From the IMG/VR virus record IMGVR_UViG_3300012677_000092: a stretch of 64,000 nt of DNA. One strand, written 5' to 3'. The stretch comes from a virus. The notes under the pieces are model-generated. The model searched no databases. It saw only the letters and a program-made list of their open reading frames with translations, and was not told the origin of the DNA. A program made the translations under genes and the position numbers. Position 1 is the first letter of the stretch. The number at the start of each line of letters is the position of its first letter. Positions 20,069 to 28,916 of the stretch are shown piece by piece.

Positions 20069-20530
20069 TTATTCAACAATGGTCCAATCTTCTGCCAAGA
20101 TATCCAGTGTGTTTGGTGTCCACATAAAATGCGAATTGTCTTTACCTTCACTATATTGCATTTGCAGGTATGGAGCGCATCTAAATAATTCACCCTCTTG
20201 CATTCCCCATGCTTCAGCAGTTTGTTTATTACATGGTATCCCACTCGGATAACCTTTCTGATAAACAACAAATTGACATGGTAACCAACTTTCTCTGGCT
20301 ATTTTATTACCCTTCTTCGCCATCTCTAAGGCAATTCCAAAAGTAAGATTGTTACATTCCTTGTAAGATTCCTCAAACACTCCCTTGGGCGACCAACTTT
20401 CATATCCATCTGAATATATTACTTTGTAACCATCAGGTGTATTTTCATTTAAGCTATTATCACCTACTGCTTTCTCACATCCCGGAACAAATTCTGCCTT
20501 TACTATCTTCGTGCCAATATACTGTTTCAT
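20069..20530 (-). CDS. DUF2829/Tad2-like nucleotide-sponge domain fused to YIGTK-type N-terminal domain
   Basis: C-half TFGIALEMAKKGNKIARESW...WTPNTLDILAEDW matches the DUF2829 pattern. Confidence 0.7.
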   Translation of the reverse strand: MKQYIGTKIVKAEFVPGCEKAVGDNSLNENTPDGYKVIYSDGYESWSPKGVFEESYKECNNLTFGIALEMAKKGNKIARESWLPCQFVVYQKGYPSGIPCNKQTAEAWGMQEGELFRCAPYLQMQYSEGKDNSHFMWTPNTLDILAEDWTIVE

Positions 20531-20535
20531 TTGTC

Positions 20536-21027
20536 TTATTCCTCCTCTTCTACATCTACTCTTTCAGCTTCTCCCTCTATAGAGAACATGGGATACTCTC
20601 CTGATTTCACCTTTTTCCAAACATCATCATCTGTGACTTTAAATCCTATCCACCAGCCTATAGGAAGTGTGCCTCCTTCAATTCCCATAGCCTTCATTTT
20701 TTCTTCAGTAAAGACAACACTTTCTATAAGAACCGCACATCCGCCTCTCTCGTGCATTTCTCCGCCCTCACGATATAATTCAACAAAATTATATGCTGCT
20801 TTCTCAAGGTCTTCCGGATCAATCATATCTTCCTGCCAGTCCTCAATCTGTTCCCCATTCTCCGTAACAGATACATTTGCCCACCCAAAAGCAAGCCGTT
20901 TATCATCCTCGGATTTTTGTATAGTAAACTTCCCCTTTAATACACTTCTAGAAGTTTCCTGCTTGTTATCCACATTTTGGGATTCATTATTTTTGTGTAT
21001 ATCAATCAGATCTGATAACTTAATCAC
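20536..21027 (-). CDS. XkdF-like prohead serine protease
   Basis: EMHE, WWIGFKVTDDDVWKKVKSGEYPMFSIEG motif. Confidence 0.8.
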   Translation of the reverse strand: MIKLSDLIDIHKNNESQNVDNKQETSRSVLKGKFTIQKSEDDKRLAFGWANVSVTENGEQIEDWQEDMIDPEDLEKAAYNFVELYREGGEMHERGGCAVLIESVVFTEEKMKAMGIEGGTLPIGWWIGFKVTDDDVWKKVKSGEYPMFSIEGEAERVDVEEEE

Positions 21028-21042
21028 TTAATCGCCTCCTTA

Positions 21043-21993
21043 CTACTTTTCTAAGTACATAACAGCACATGCACATCTTTGATGCGCCGGCGGGATAAGG
21101 ATTGGCGCAAATTTTCTATTTTCCAATTTTCCTTTCCCTTCGAGGCTGAATGTTTCATCCATTTCTGATTCTTCCCCCTCAAGCGCCCGGCATATGACAC
21201 ATACTTTATCATCACCAGAAGAAATCCATTTTTTAACCATCCGCCCCATAAATCCTTGCTCTTGTGCCTGTCTGATTCCCAAATCATGACCTTGGTTATA
21301 AGCATGAGCCGTCTCTGTCCGGGCAATCATGTCCGCTCTACTTCTATGTTGCTTTTCAGCATATTTAATAGATGCTTCCCTAGCTTTCCTCTCAATGGTT
21401 GTTTTTCGCATTTTAGGATGTTCTTCTTTTAGTTTTTCTTTTACAGAATTATAAAGTTTTAGGTTTGCCTCTGCTTGAGGTTTTGTCAGACCCACACATG
21501 GTCTAATTAACTTTGCAAGCTCATCCGTAGACATACTTTCTATAACGCTTCTCTCTAAAAACACCTTAATAGCTTCTTTCTGTTCATCAACAACCCCTGT
21601 GACAAACTGCGCTCCATGCTCTTTAATCCAATTAATAACATTGTTGTGCGAATTATGGAAAATGAATCCATCAATATTTGACAGAACGCTGCTTTCTGCT
21701 GCCCCGGCTTCTAATGATTGTTTCCAGACTATATTCAAATGTCCCGATACAAGGTTGGAGTAATCCTGCTGCCACTGCTCAATCAGAGAATTGGATACCT
21801 CCCCTGATAATATCAATTCTCGTATCTCCTTGTACGTGAATGCAGCTGACTGAGCCTTCCAAAATGAAACAAGAATCTGTACAGGCTCATCACAATTTCC
21901 ATTTAGATAATTTTCAATCTTATCAAGAACCGCCTGAGCTTCAGCACTGCGCTTTATTATGCTCACCTTAGGAGACCTGAAAATAAATGTCAT
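21043..21993 (-). CDS. Minor head protein (Mu gpF/SPP1 gp7-like)
   Basis: MIARTETAHAYN...WISSGDDKVC.IC...PPAHQRCAC; start reassigned to 21993. Confidence 0.85.
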   Translation of the reverse strand: MTFIFRSPKVSIIKRSAEAQAVLDKIENYLNGNCDEPVQILVSFWKAQSAAFTYKEIRELILSGEVSNSLIEQWQQDYSNLVSGHLNIVWKQSLEAGAAESSVLSNIDGFIFHNSHNNVINWIKEHGAQFVTGVVDEQKEAIKVFLERSVIESMSTDELAKLIRPCVGLTKPQAEANLKLYNSVKEKLKEEHPKMRKTTIERKAREASIKYAEKQHRSRADMIARTETAHAYNQGHDLGIRQAQEQGFMGRMVKKWISSGDDKVCVICRALEGEESEMDETFSLEGKGKLENRKFAPILIPPAHQRCACAVMYLEK

Positions 21994-21997
21994 ATGC

Positions 21998-23380
21998 TCA
22001 CACCCTTCCAAGCATTTTTTTAGCCTGTTCAATCTGGTCATCCGGCAACTCTTCCTCAATTTCAGAATCTTCAGGATTTACAGGTGGATTGGGCTGTTTT
22101 GCCTGTTCTTCACGTTTCGGATCCCTAGGGCGACTGTCCGTTGACCTGGAAGGCAGATTACCTACTTCTCTTATATGGTCTTCGAGCGCATCATCTGGTA
22201 TTAATATTCCCGTTCCCACCATATCTTTAATAAATGTTCCTACCCTTTGAAGGTCTGTATCTTCGATATCTCCATGATTTAAAAATGGATAATCAGTAAT
22301 ACCATCGAAATGCTTTCCGTTTATGTCAATTAAGGGAGGAATCCCTTGATTATTAAACGTTTCACAAATGATATCCAGATACGCCCCTATTGCAACAGAA
22401 AAAAGCTCTGTCTTATCAGCACTCAGGGCAAAACTACCTACTTTATTGTGCCCAAGCATAATGAAATCAGCCAACACCGTCATTGCAATTCGAGTATCGT
22501 ATCTACTTATAATAGCGTTTGTGTCAAATTGCCTTGCTCCCCCTGTGCTAAGTAATTTCAGTTCATACCCATTAGGTAATACTACACCTTCATATTCATC
22601 CCGCCTGATTTTTTTCACCATATTAGTAAGTGCCGCATAGATTTTTTGAGCATCTTCGTCCTCGTCAGACCAAAGGTCTAATCCTTCTGGTCCATAAAAA
22701 ACTGGCAGTCCTGCAAGATCCCTCTCAATGCCTATCGCCTCAATTTCTTGAATCCGGCGCTTGAAGTACCATGAACGATACGCATTCCTCAATATACTGC
22801 GCCCTTCCGGATTATCTTTTATATCCTCTGTCCGGAATAACATTGCTTTCTCTATCGGAATTGTTATCAGTCCAAAGTCCGGGGGCGGCATCTGTGTCAT
22901 TCCCAGAAGATTATCTTCATGGTCATATTCCCATTGATACAATGTATCCTGGGAACGGATCGGAATCTTTTTCCACCCGATAAGGCCATCCGTGTACTTA
23001 CTTCTTGTGTTCGGGTTCTTTGTCTTTCCCATTCGCCGTTTATATACAACCTCGTGAAAACTCCAGCCATATGTAAGAAAAGACAAAACACTACTGATCG
23101 TATCCGTCCATGTTTTCTGCATATCATCCATACAGCTTTTTACGAATTCAGCAGCTTCTTTATCTTTCTGTGAATCCCCTCCTGGTTCCACGTACCATTT
23201 AACATTCCGTATTAACATTTTAATTGCAAAAAGTATGGCGCCGACAGTATCATCATTATTGGCCATCTCTGTATACATCTTAATGCCTTTTTGCCCCTGC
23301 AGGTCTTTTAAAAATTCTTCATAAAAGGTACCGCCATAACGTTTCTGGCCAATCCTTCCTGTTTCCTTCATGTATGACAT
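21998..23380 (-). CDS. Portal protein (DUF935/Mu gp29-like)
   Basis: Follows terL; NPEGRSILRNAY, GIERDLAGLP motifs. Confidence 0.85.
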   Translation of the reverse strand: MSYMKETGRIGQKRYGGTFYEEFLKDLQGQKGIKMYTEMANNDDTVGAILFAIKMLIRNVKWYVEPGGDSQKDKEAAEFVKSCMDDMQKTWTDTISSVLSFLTYGWSFHEVVYKRRMGKTKNPNTRSKYTDGLIGWKKIPIRSQDTLYQWEYDHEDNLLGMTQMPPPDFGLITIPIEKAMLFRTEDIKDNPEGRSILRNAYRSWYFKRRIQEIEAIGIERDLAGLPVFYGPEGLDLWSDEDEDAQKIYAALTNMVKKIRRDEYEGVVLPNGYELKLLSTGGARQFDTNAIISRYDTRIAMTVLADFIMLGHNKVGSFALSADKTELFSVAIGAYLDIICETFNNQGIPPLIDINGKHFDGITDYPFLNHGDIEDTDLQRVGTFIKDMVGTGILIPDDALEDHIREVGNLPSRSTDSRPRDPKREEQAKQPNPPVNPEDSEIEEELPDDQIEQAKKMLGRV

Positions 23381-23394
23381 GATGTCCAATCCTC

Positions 23395-24873
23395 CTATCT
23401 TTTCCAATAACTTGATTTATCAAGAGCTGCTCCGACCTTAGCATTCGGTGCACTTCCTGTATATTTTTTGATCTTTCCTAAATAACAACTTAACGCCAAT
23501 GCATCCGCCCGGTCCGGGGAATCCAATCCTCTTTTCTTCATGTCTTCCTTACTCTCTAATTGTAACTTTCCGTTACTTGCCATAAAATACTTTCGGGATG
23601 ATAACTGCGCTACTGTCTCCGCATCATCGTCTATTTCAATCTCTTTATTTTCGAGTAACTCCCTGACAACGGCCCACATATGTGTAGTTAAATTATTATA
23701 ATGCTCCGCTGCGTCCTTGCCAGCCTTCGTATCTGTCTCAATTCTTTCAGCTGCATTAACAGGTACCACGAACAGACGGTGCAACTTTTGTTCCCGTTTA
23801 ACCTCACGTAAACGGTCCGTTACTCCACCACCAAGACCAGTATCATCAATATTTACATATATTCTGCCTTTGTAGTCCGGAAACTCTTTCAGAATCTTCC
23901 GATACTGGACAACAATATCTCCAACTGTGGCCATCAAGTCCTGTCCTCTGCGTTTAGCCACAATTTTCAGTTTTCCACGAGCATTTCTGTATATTACGGT
24001 CTCATCATTACCAAAACGGGCTACATCCACACCAAGAATAATGTGTGGGAGTAAATTATTTTCATTTAGCTCATGTATCCTGCTGCCGCACTGTTCTATA
24101 ATTGATAATGCTATAAAAACATCATCTTCCTGGTTCGGAAATTCGCCCCTGACACGAACACGGACAACATTACTTTCCCATCCATACTTCTTTACCAGAG
24201 ATTCAATGTTCTCTTTGCTAGTTCTTTTGCTGTCTACTGCCGAAACCGTATGGCATTTATACAGTGCTCTATCTGAAGTGTGGCTATCATAGAATGATCC
24301 ATTTATTTTTGTTGGATTTCCACACATTAATAATTTATTGTTCTTACCTGACAGGGTACCCAGGATTGCTTCCATAATAGGCTCTGCAATACCAGATGCT
24401 TCATCGACGATGAAAAGCATGTTATCCTCATGAAAGCCTTGCATATTCTCAGGTTTGGTCGCCGTTCTTGCTGTCGCAAACCACCGCTTTTCACGACCAT
24501 ACATGTAGATATACGTTTTGGTCCATTTCAGGATTGCTTTTAACAATGGTGAACGTTCTTGCCACTTCGCTGCTTCGGACCATAAAACATCATGTAGCTG
24601 CTGTTTTGTTGGAGCTGTAGCAACGATTCTCGGATATGGAAAACACGTCAAAAACCAAAGAAGTGCAACAGCCTCTATACCAGTCTTTCCAACACCCTGA
24701 CCAGACTTTATTGATACTTTTGGGTTTTCAGCCAGATCCATAAGTGCTATGCATTGCCAATCGTCTGGCTCAAATTTCAGTACTTCCCTTGCATACAACA
24801 CCGGATCTTTTTGGTAAAGAGGAATACGCTGTGTGAAAAATTGCTTTCTTAATAATGCATTATTTGCATTCAT
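23395..24873 (-). CDS. Terminase large subunit
   Basis: SGQGVGKT Walker A, IVDEASG Walker B, GVDVARFGND and SPDRADAL nuclease motifs. Confidence 0.95.
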   Translation of the reverse strand: MNANNALLRKQFFTQRIPLYQKDPVLYAREVLKFEPDDWQCIALMDLAENPKVSIKSGQGVGKTGIEAVALLWFLTCFPYPRIVATAPTKQQLHDVLWSEAAKWQERSPLLKAILKWTKTYIYMYGREKRWFATARTATKPENMQGFHEDNMLFIVDEASGIAEPIMEAILGTLSGKNNKLLMCGNPTKINGSFYDSHTSDRALYKCHTVSAVDSKRTSKENIESLVKKYGWESNVVRVRVRGEFPNQEDDVFIALSIIEQCGSRIHELNENNLLPHIILGVDVARFGNDETVIYRNARGKLKIVAKRRGQDLMATVGDIVVQYRKILKEFPDYKGRIYVNIDDTGLGGGVTDRLREVKREQKLHRLFVVPVNAAERIETDTKAGKDAAEHYNNLTTHMWAVVRELLENKEIEIDDDAETVAQLSSRKYFMASNGKLQLESKEDMKKRGLDSPDRADALALSCYLGKIKKYTGSAPNAKVGAALDKSSYWKR

Positions 24874-25646
24874 GAGCTATCACCATCCTTTGGATTTTCA
24901 CCCATGATGCTTGCTATCCAATCGTCAACCAGTTCATTTTCTTTACCACTATTATCATTCTGAATACGTTCAGTTTCAGCCTTGATTTTTGCTATACGTG
25001 CCTTTTGTTCTTCTGTTACGCTATCCCAATTAGCATGTAACATTTCATCATATTGGCGAATAAGCGAGCGTAATTCTGACATTGCCCTAGCTTGGGCTGT
25101 GAGAAATGTAGCTTGCCTATCCCAAGGAAATTGAAATTCCCATTCTACCTCATTTTTATCCCCTCCTTTAGATATTTTTTTGATCTCTTTAATCATTTCT
25201 TCTTTATTTTCAACATACATTACTCTTTGAGCCCTTAATATGGCAGCATAAGATATCTGAATGTTTTCCCATAGAATATCAAGTGGATCCTTTATATTAA
25301 TCTCTTCAATAATAGAAAGAGCTTCAGGAGGTAGGTACTTTGAAAAAAAGCCATATGTTTCGGCATTCTTATTTCTTTTGGGAGCACCGGCACCAACTGC
25401 ATTTTTATTTCCAACGGGTGCACCCTTTTTCCCCTTAGAAGGTGCACCCTTTCTCCCTGCAGGTGCACCCTGAACCGTTTCCTTATTTTTCGCCTTATCA
25501 CGATTTATCCAAGACTTGATTGTATTTATAGAAATCCCTGTTTTTTCAGCCAATTCCTTGGGTTTTTTGCCCTTTCGGTATTCCTCCAAAACCTGTTCTT
25601 TCATCTTTGTATCTGTCGGAGCTCTTGCTTCATTCACCATCACCAC
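24870..25646 (-). CDS. Terminase small subunit (YqaS-like)
   Basis: N-terminal HTH, GAPVGNKNAVG motif, adjacent to terL. Confidence 0.85.
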   Translation of the reverse strand: MVMVNEARAPTDTKMKEQVLEEYRKGKKPKELAEKTGISINTIKSWINRDKAKNKETVQGAPAGRKGAPSKGKKGAPVGNKNAVGAGAPKRNKNAETYGFFSKYLPPEALSIIEEINIKDPLDILWENIQISYAAILRAQRVMYVENKEEMIKEIKKISKGGDKNEVEWEFQFPWDRQATFLTAQARAMSELRSLIRQYDEMLHANWDSVTEEQKARIAKIKAETERIQNDNSGKENELVDDWIASIMGENPKDGDSS

Positions 25647-25694
25647 CTCGCTATTAGTTTGTTTTGGAATTAGGAGGGGCTAAAGGTGCACCCT
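25416..25694. repeat. Four copies of GGTGCACCCT (palindromic core GGTGCACC)
   Basis: Copies near 25416, 25439, 25461 inside terS and 25683 in the intergenic region upstream of terS. Confidence 0.8.
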
Positions 25695-25728
25695 CTGCCT
25701 GTTCGGCTTTGGTTTATATAATACATTT

Positions 25729-26283
25729 TTATATTTTAGTAATAAACTCTGCTTTGCTAAAGCCTTCATATCCTTTTGTCATCATTTGAAGAAAGTCCTC
25801 TTTTGTAAAATCAGAAAGTCTAAACACTTCTTCTGGTTTCATACCAAGCTGCTTACCTATCTCTTGAACCGTTTTTCCCTCATCCATAAGTTCTTTCACA
25901 ATCGCTTTCATAGGCTCAAGTAAGTGCGTACCCCTTGCCCTGTTGTGGGTGACTGTTCCATAGATGTTTCCCGCCTTATCTTTATGATCAACGAATACAA
26001 TTAGGACTTTACCACCCAGACGTTCATAAAGTGTTCTCTTATCAGTCTCTCCGGGAGGAACATATGTCCAATCAGGGCTGGAAACGCTCCATCTATGAAA
26101 ACCATCAATAATTACATAATCAGGACGTACCACAATTGGCAATGTCCATCCATTCGCAAATATAGATTGAGTCAGCAGCTCTAAATTCTGCCTTGACACT
26201 CTATTCGGATTATAGTTATTTGGTTTTAACAAATTCCTGTCTACCCATTGCTGAGTGGTTGAAGGCATAAATAATTTATCCAT
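25729..26283 (-). CDS. ibrB: IbrB/YbdM-like ParB/Srx-domain protein
   Basis: PNNYNPN, GWTLPIVV, IIDGFHRW, THNRARGTH; start reassigned to ATG 26283. Confidence 0.8.
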   Translation of the reverse strand: MDKLFMPSTTQQWVDRNLLKPNNYNPNRVSRQNLELLTQSIFANGWTLPIVVRPDYVIIDGFHRWSVSSPDWTYVPPGETDKRTLYERLGGKVLIVFVDHKDKAGNIYGTVTHNRARGTHLLEPMKAIVKELMDEGKTVQEIGKQLGMKPEEVFRLSDFTKEDFLQMMTKGYEGFSKAEFITKI

Positions 26284-27424
26284 TCTTATTCGCCTCCGTT
26301 CTCTTCGCCTCTGAAATGTACTTACCGTAAACCCTCTGATAAAGAGCCCTGAATGTTCTGGATTTTGGATCACCCGAAATAAGCCCTTCATATATCGCTT
26401 TAAAATCCTTTTCATCCGCAATAGTCGAAACAGACATAAAAAAATTACGGTATTTATCCGCAATTTTCCTTTTATGAGGTGTTGTAAAATATATATCCAT
26501 ATTAGTAAATAACTTAATCAACTCTGCCTTATAATCTTTAGGCGGTGTATTATCTTCCATTTCTTTGCGTTTCCTGGAACTTCGGCCAAACATTTCACTA
26601 TCCCAATATAATGCAGCAAGATAAGCATTTGGTTCCCTCCGTATTACCCGGTCCATAAGATCAGGATAATATTCATTCATTTTTACCAAGCTCTTTGCTG
26701 TATCTACTGAAAAGAACTGTGATACTCTAAGCTGTCCCCGGCCGGTACCCGATTGCCACAGGTATAAATAAATATCTGGTATATCAACATGTTCCGTAAG
26801 CAGATATAGCCATACGTCTTTATCAATCCAATCGTATATCGGAAATACCTGGTGTTTGTTCGTCATGCTTTTACCGGTTTTCATCATGGAAGCAATGTTT
26901 TGCAGCCTTTGGACAGATTCTGCTGTTCTTATACCTGTTATTGTTATACCTCCTGCACAGGTTCTAGGTAAAAAATCCTGATAAGCATCAATTCTCGGTC
27001 GTAATAGTGGATGGGTTCGAATAGCAAATGCCGGTGGTTGCCTCACCCATACATTTTGTTTCATGCTGTCCCAGCAGATAAAGGTTTCATCGTTAGACAA
27101 GTCATTGAAGCAATTAAAATGTTTTACTTCACAGCAATACCATTCAAATTTTCCCCCCATTATAAGGAATTTCTTCCGCCATTCCTTTACCTTTTCTTCA
27201 ATACATGGAAATATGGCTTCTTCGTCTATAAACTGTACTATAAGTTGTGACGGATCGATCTCTCCACGTTGCACAAGATTAAGAATAAGCTGTGCTATAC
27301 ATAGACTGTCTTTTCCACCGCTAAAAGACATAAAGACAGGAAGCCCATTCAAGAAAACATTTTTAATCCGGATCTCTGCTGCTTTAACAATATCAATACT
27401 GGCCACACATCGTTTTACAGCCAT
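26276..27424 (-). CDS. ibrA: IbrA/YbdN-like PP-loop ATPase, PAPS-reductase fold
   Basis: SFSGGKDS, FIDEEA, GIRTAESVQR, PIYDW..KDVW. Confidence 0.8.
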   Translation of the reverse strand: MAVKRCVASIDIVKAAEIRIKNVFLNGLPVFMSFSGGKDSLCIAQLILNLVQRGEIDPSQLIVQFIDEEAIFPCIEEKVKEWRKKFLIMGGKFEWYCCEVKHFNCFNDLSNDETFICWDSMKQNVWVRQPPAFAIRTHPLLRPRIDAYQDFLPRTCAGGITITGIRTAESVQRLQNIASMMKTGKSMTNKHQVFPIYDWIDKDVWLYLLTEHVDIPDIYLYLWQSGTGRGQLRVSQFFSVDTAKSLVKMNEYYPDLMDRVIRREPNAYLAALYWDSEMFGRSSRKRKEMEDNTPPKDYKAELIKLFTNMDIYFTTPHKRKIADKYRNFFMSVSTIADEKDFKAIYEGLISGDPKSRTFRALYQRVYGKYISEAKRTEANKNG

Positions 27425-28059
27425 ATCTTCTCACCACACTTCGAACAGACAACAAACCTCCGTACTTCGGTAGCCGATTCATTCCCTGCCGGCGAGTTTA
27501 AAGTTCCTTGATTAGCTGGTTCTGGAACTGTACTTACTTCACTTCCGGTTGGTTCGCTTGCGAGGTTTTCCGCAATTCTTTGTTCCCGTTTCTCATTGCT
27601 TTCTCTTATACTTTGAATCTCTTGTTCATCTAAAGTACCGTATTCCGAAATCTTTTCAGTTATTTCATCAGCATCCGAAACCATCTGCCGTAGTATTTCT
27701 TCATCAAAGCCTGGTATATCCAAATCACCCTGCAGATCCATCAGAAAGTCATTGAGCGTATCCAAGTTCTCGATACCCAAGGAAAAAATCTTGTTATCCG
27801 CTATCATAAGCTTTTTCTTTTGGTTTTCCGTGAGATTCGTGTACTGGTAACACTCCGCTTCTTCTCGACCCATACGTTGCAATGTTTCATATAGACCATT
27901 TCCGGCCAAAATAACATTTTTTTCATCAATTACGATCGGGCGAAGCTGCCCGAACATATTGACACTCTTCTCAAATTCTATTAACTGCTTTTCTGTGTGG
28001 ATCCGAACATTCTTTTCTGGTTGTACCAGTTCTGATAGCCTTTTGATGATTGTTTGCAT
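27415..28059 (-). CDS. ParB-N domain protein with C-terminal zinc ribbon
   Basis: NVRIH, FGQLRPIVIDE, ILAGNG, MIADNKI; C-terminal CSKCG. Confidence 0.8.
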   Translation of the reverse strand: MQTIIKRLSELVQPEKNVRIHTEKQLIEFEKSVNMFGQLRPIVIDEKNVILAGNGLYETLQRMGREEAECYQYTNLTENQKKKLMIADNKIFSLGIENLDTLNDFLMDLQGDLDIPGFDEEILRQMVSDADEITEKISEYGTLDEQEIQSIRESNEKREQRIAENLASEPTGSEVSTVPEPANQGTLNSPAGNESATEVRRFVVCSKCGEKIWL

Positions 28060-28124
28060 TTTAAATCCTCCTTAGATTTTCTAAAGGAGTTAAGACGTAT
28101 GAAACCGCCTGCAAACGGTTGAAA

Positions 28125-28916
28125 TCATTTGATGTTAAGTGTCTTCAAATACTTTTTAGCACTTGGAATACTCTTTGCAGCCTCCTGTATTATACCAGGA
28201 TCAATCTCACATATTTCTTTCCAAGCATTTTCTAATGAACCGGTCCACTGCCGGGCCGGCCATGGGTGGGTGCCACACAGGTACCCGTTGCACCAATCAT
28301 AAATAGGCGGCATTGGCACATTGTTATAATGTATATATGCCAAAACCGCCTCATGCTTCCATCCGGCCAAAGGGCTGTACCTTGTCACCCCTTTACCATC
28401 CGTATAAATATTGCTGCCTTTCCCACAGTAATTCCCGTCTGCCCTCCGACGCCCAAGTAATATCATATCCAGACCATGAGCCTTATAGTATTTTGCCTGG
28501 GCCCTATGCTGCACAATAGCAAACCACCTGGCAGCTATCTTGCTGTCTTTAGGAAATAACATTTCCGGATGCTTCTGCAGCCACTCCATATTCTGTCCGG
28601 TATTGATGACCTCCAGACTTTCCGGTTTATTATCCTCCACCCAAGACATGAATGCAGGATATTCCAAATCACATACGGCTAGCATACAATCAGTAATACC
28701 CGCCATCCGGCATATTTCTCCGAGTACCAGGCTATCTTTCCCGGCACTCCATGCATAGGCCGCTTTCTTGCCGGCGGTCTGCTCTTTGATCTCCTCCACC
28801 GTGGCGGCTACCAGTTCATCCAACTCTGCCTTAGATACCAGCTCTTCTATTTGTGCTATAGCTTTCAACCAATCATCATTTTTAACAGACTGTTTTCTAC
28901 CGAGTATAGCTTTCAT
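28125..28916 (-). CDS. Second PP-loop ATPase of PAPS-reductase fold
   Basis: AWSAGKDS, LGRRRAD, SPLAGWKHEAVLAYI, PIYDW; lacks CysH ECGLH tail. Confidence 0.75.
   Translation of the reverse strand: MKAILGRKQSVKNDDWLKAIAQIEELVSKAELDELVAATVEEIKEQTAGKKAAYAWSAGKDSLVLGEICRMAGITDCMLAVCDLEYPAFMSWVEDNKPESLEVINTGQNMEWLQKHPEMLFPKDSKIAARWFAIVQHRAQAKYYKAHGLDMILLGRRRADGNYCGKGSNIYTDGKGVTRYSPLAGWKHEAVLAYIHYNNVPMPPIYDWCNGYLCGTHPWPARQWTGSLENAWKEICEIDPGIIQEAAKSIPSAKKYLKTLNIK

Noticed and set aside
20047-20271. Alternative-frame 74-aa ORF overlapping the DUF2829 gene
   Set aside because: No RBS and no motif; explained as a frame shadow.
26276-28916. PAPS-reductase-like genes as sulfate-assimilation (cysH) auxiliary metabolic genes
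   Set aside because: Both lack the C-terminal ECGLH catalytic motif, and their context is ParB and terminase rather than cys genes.
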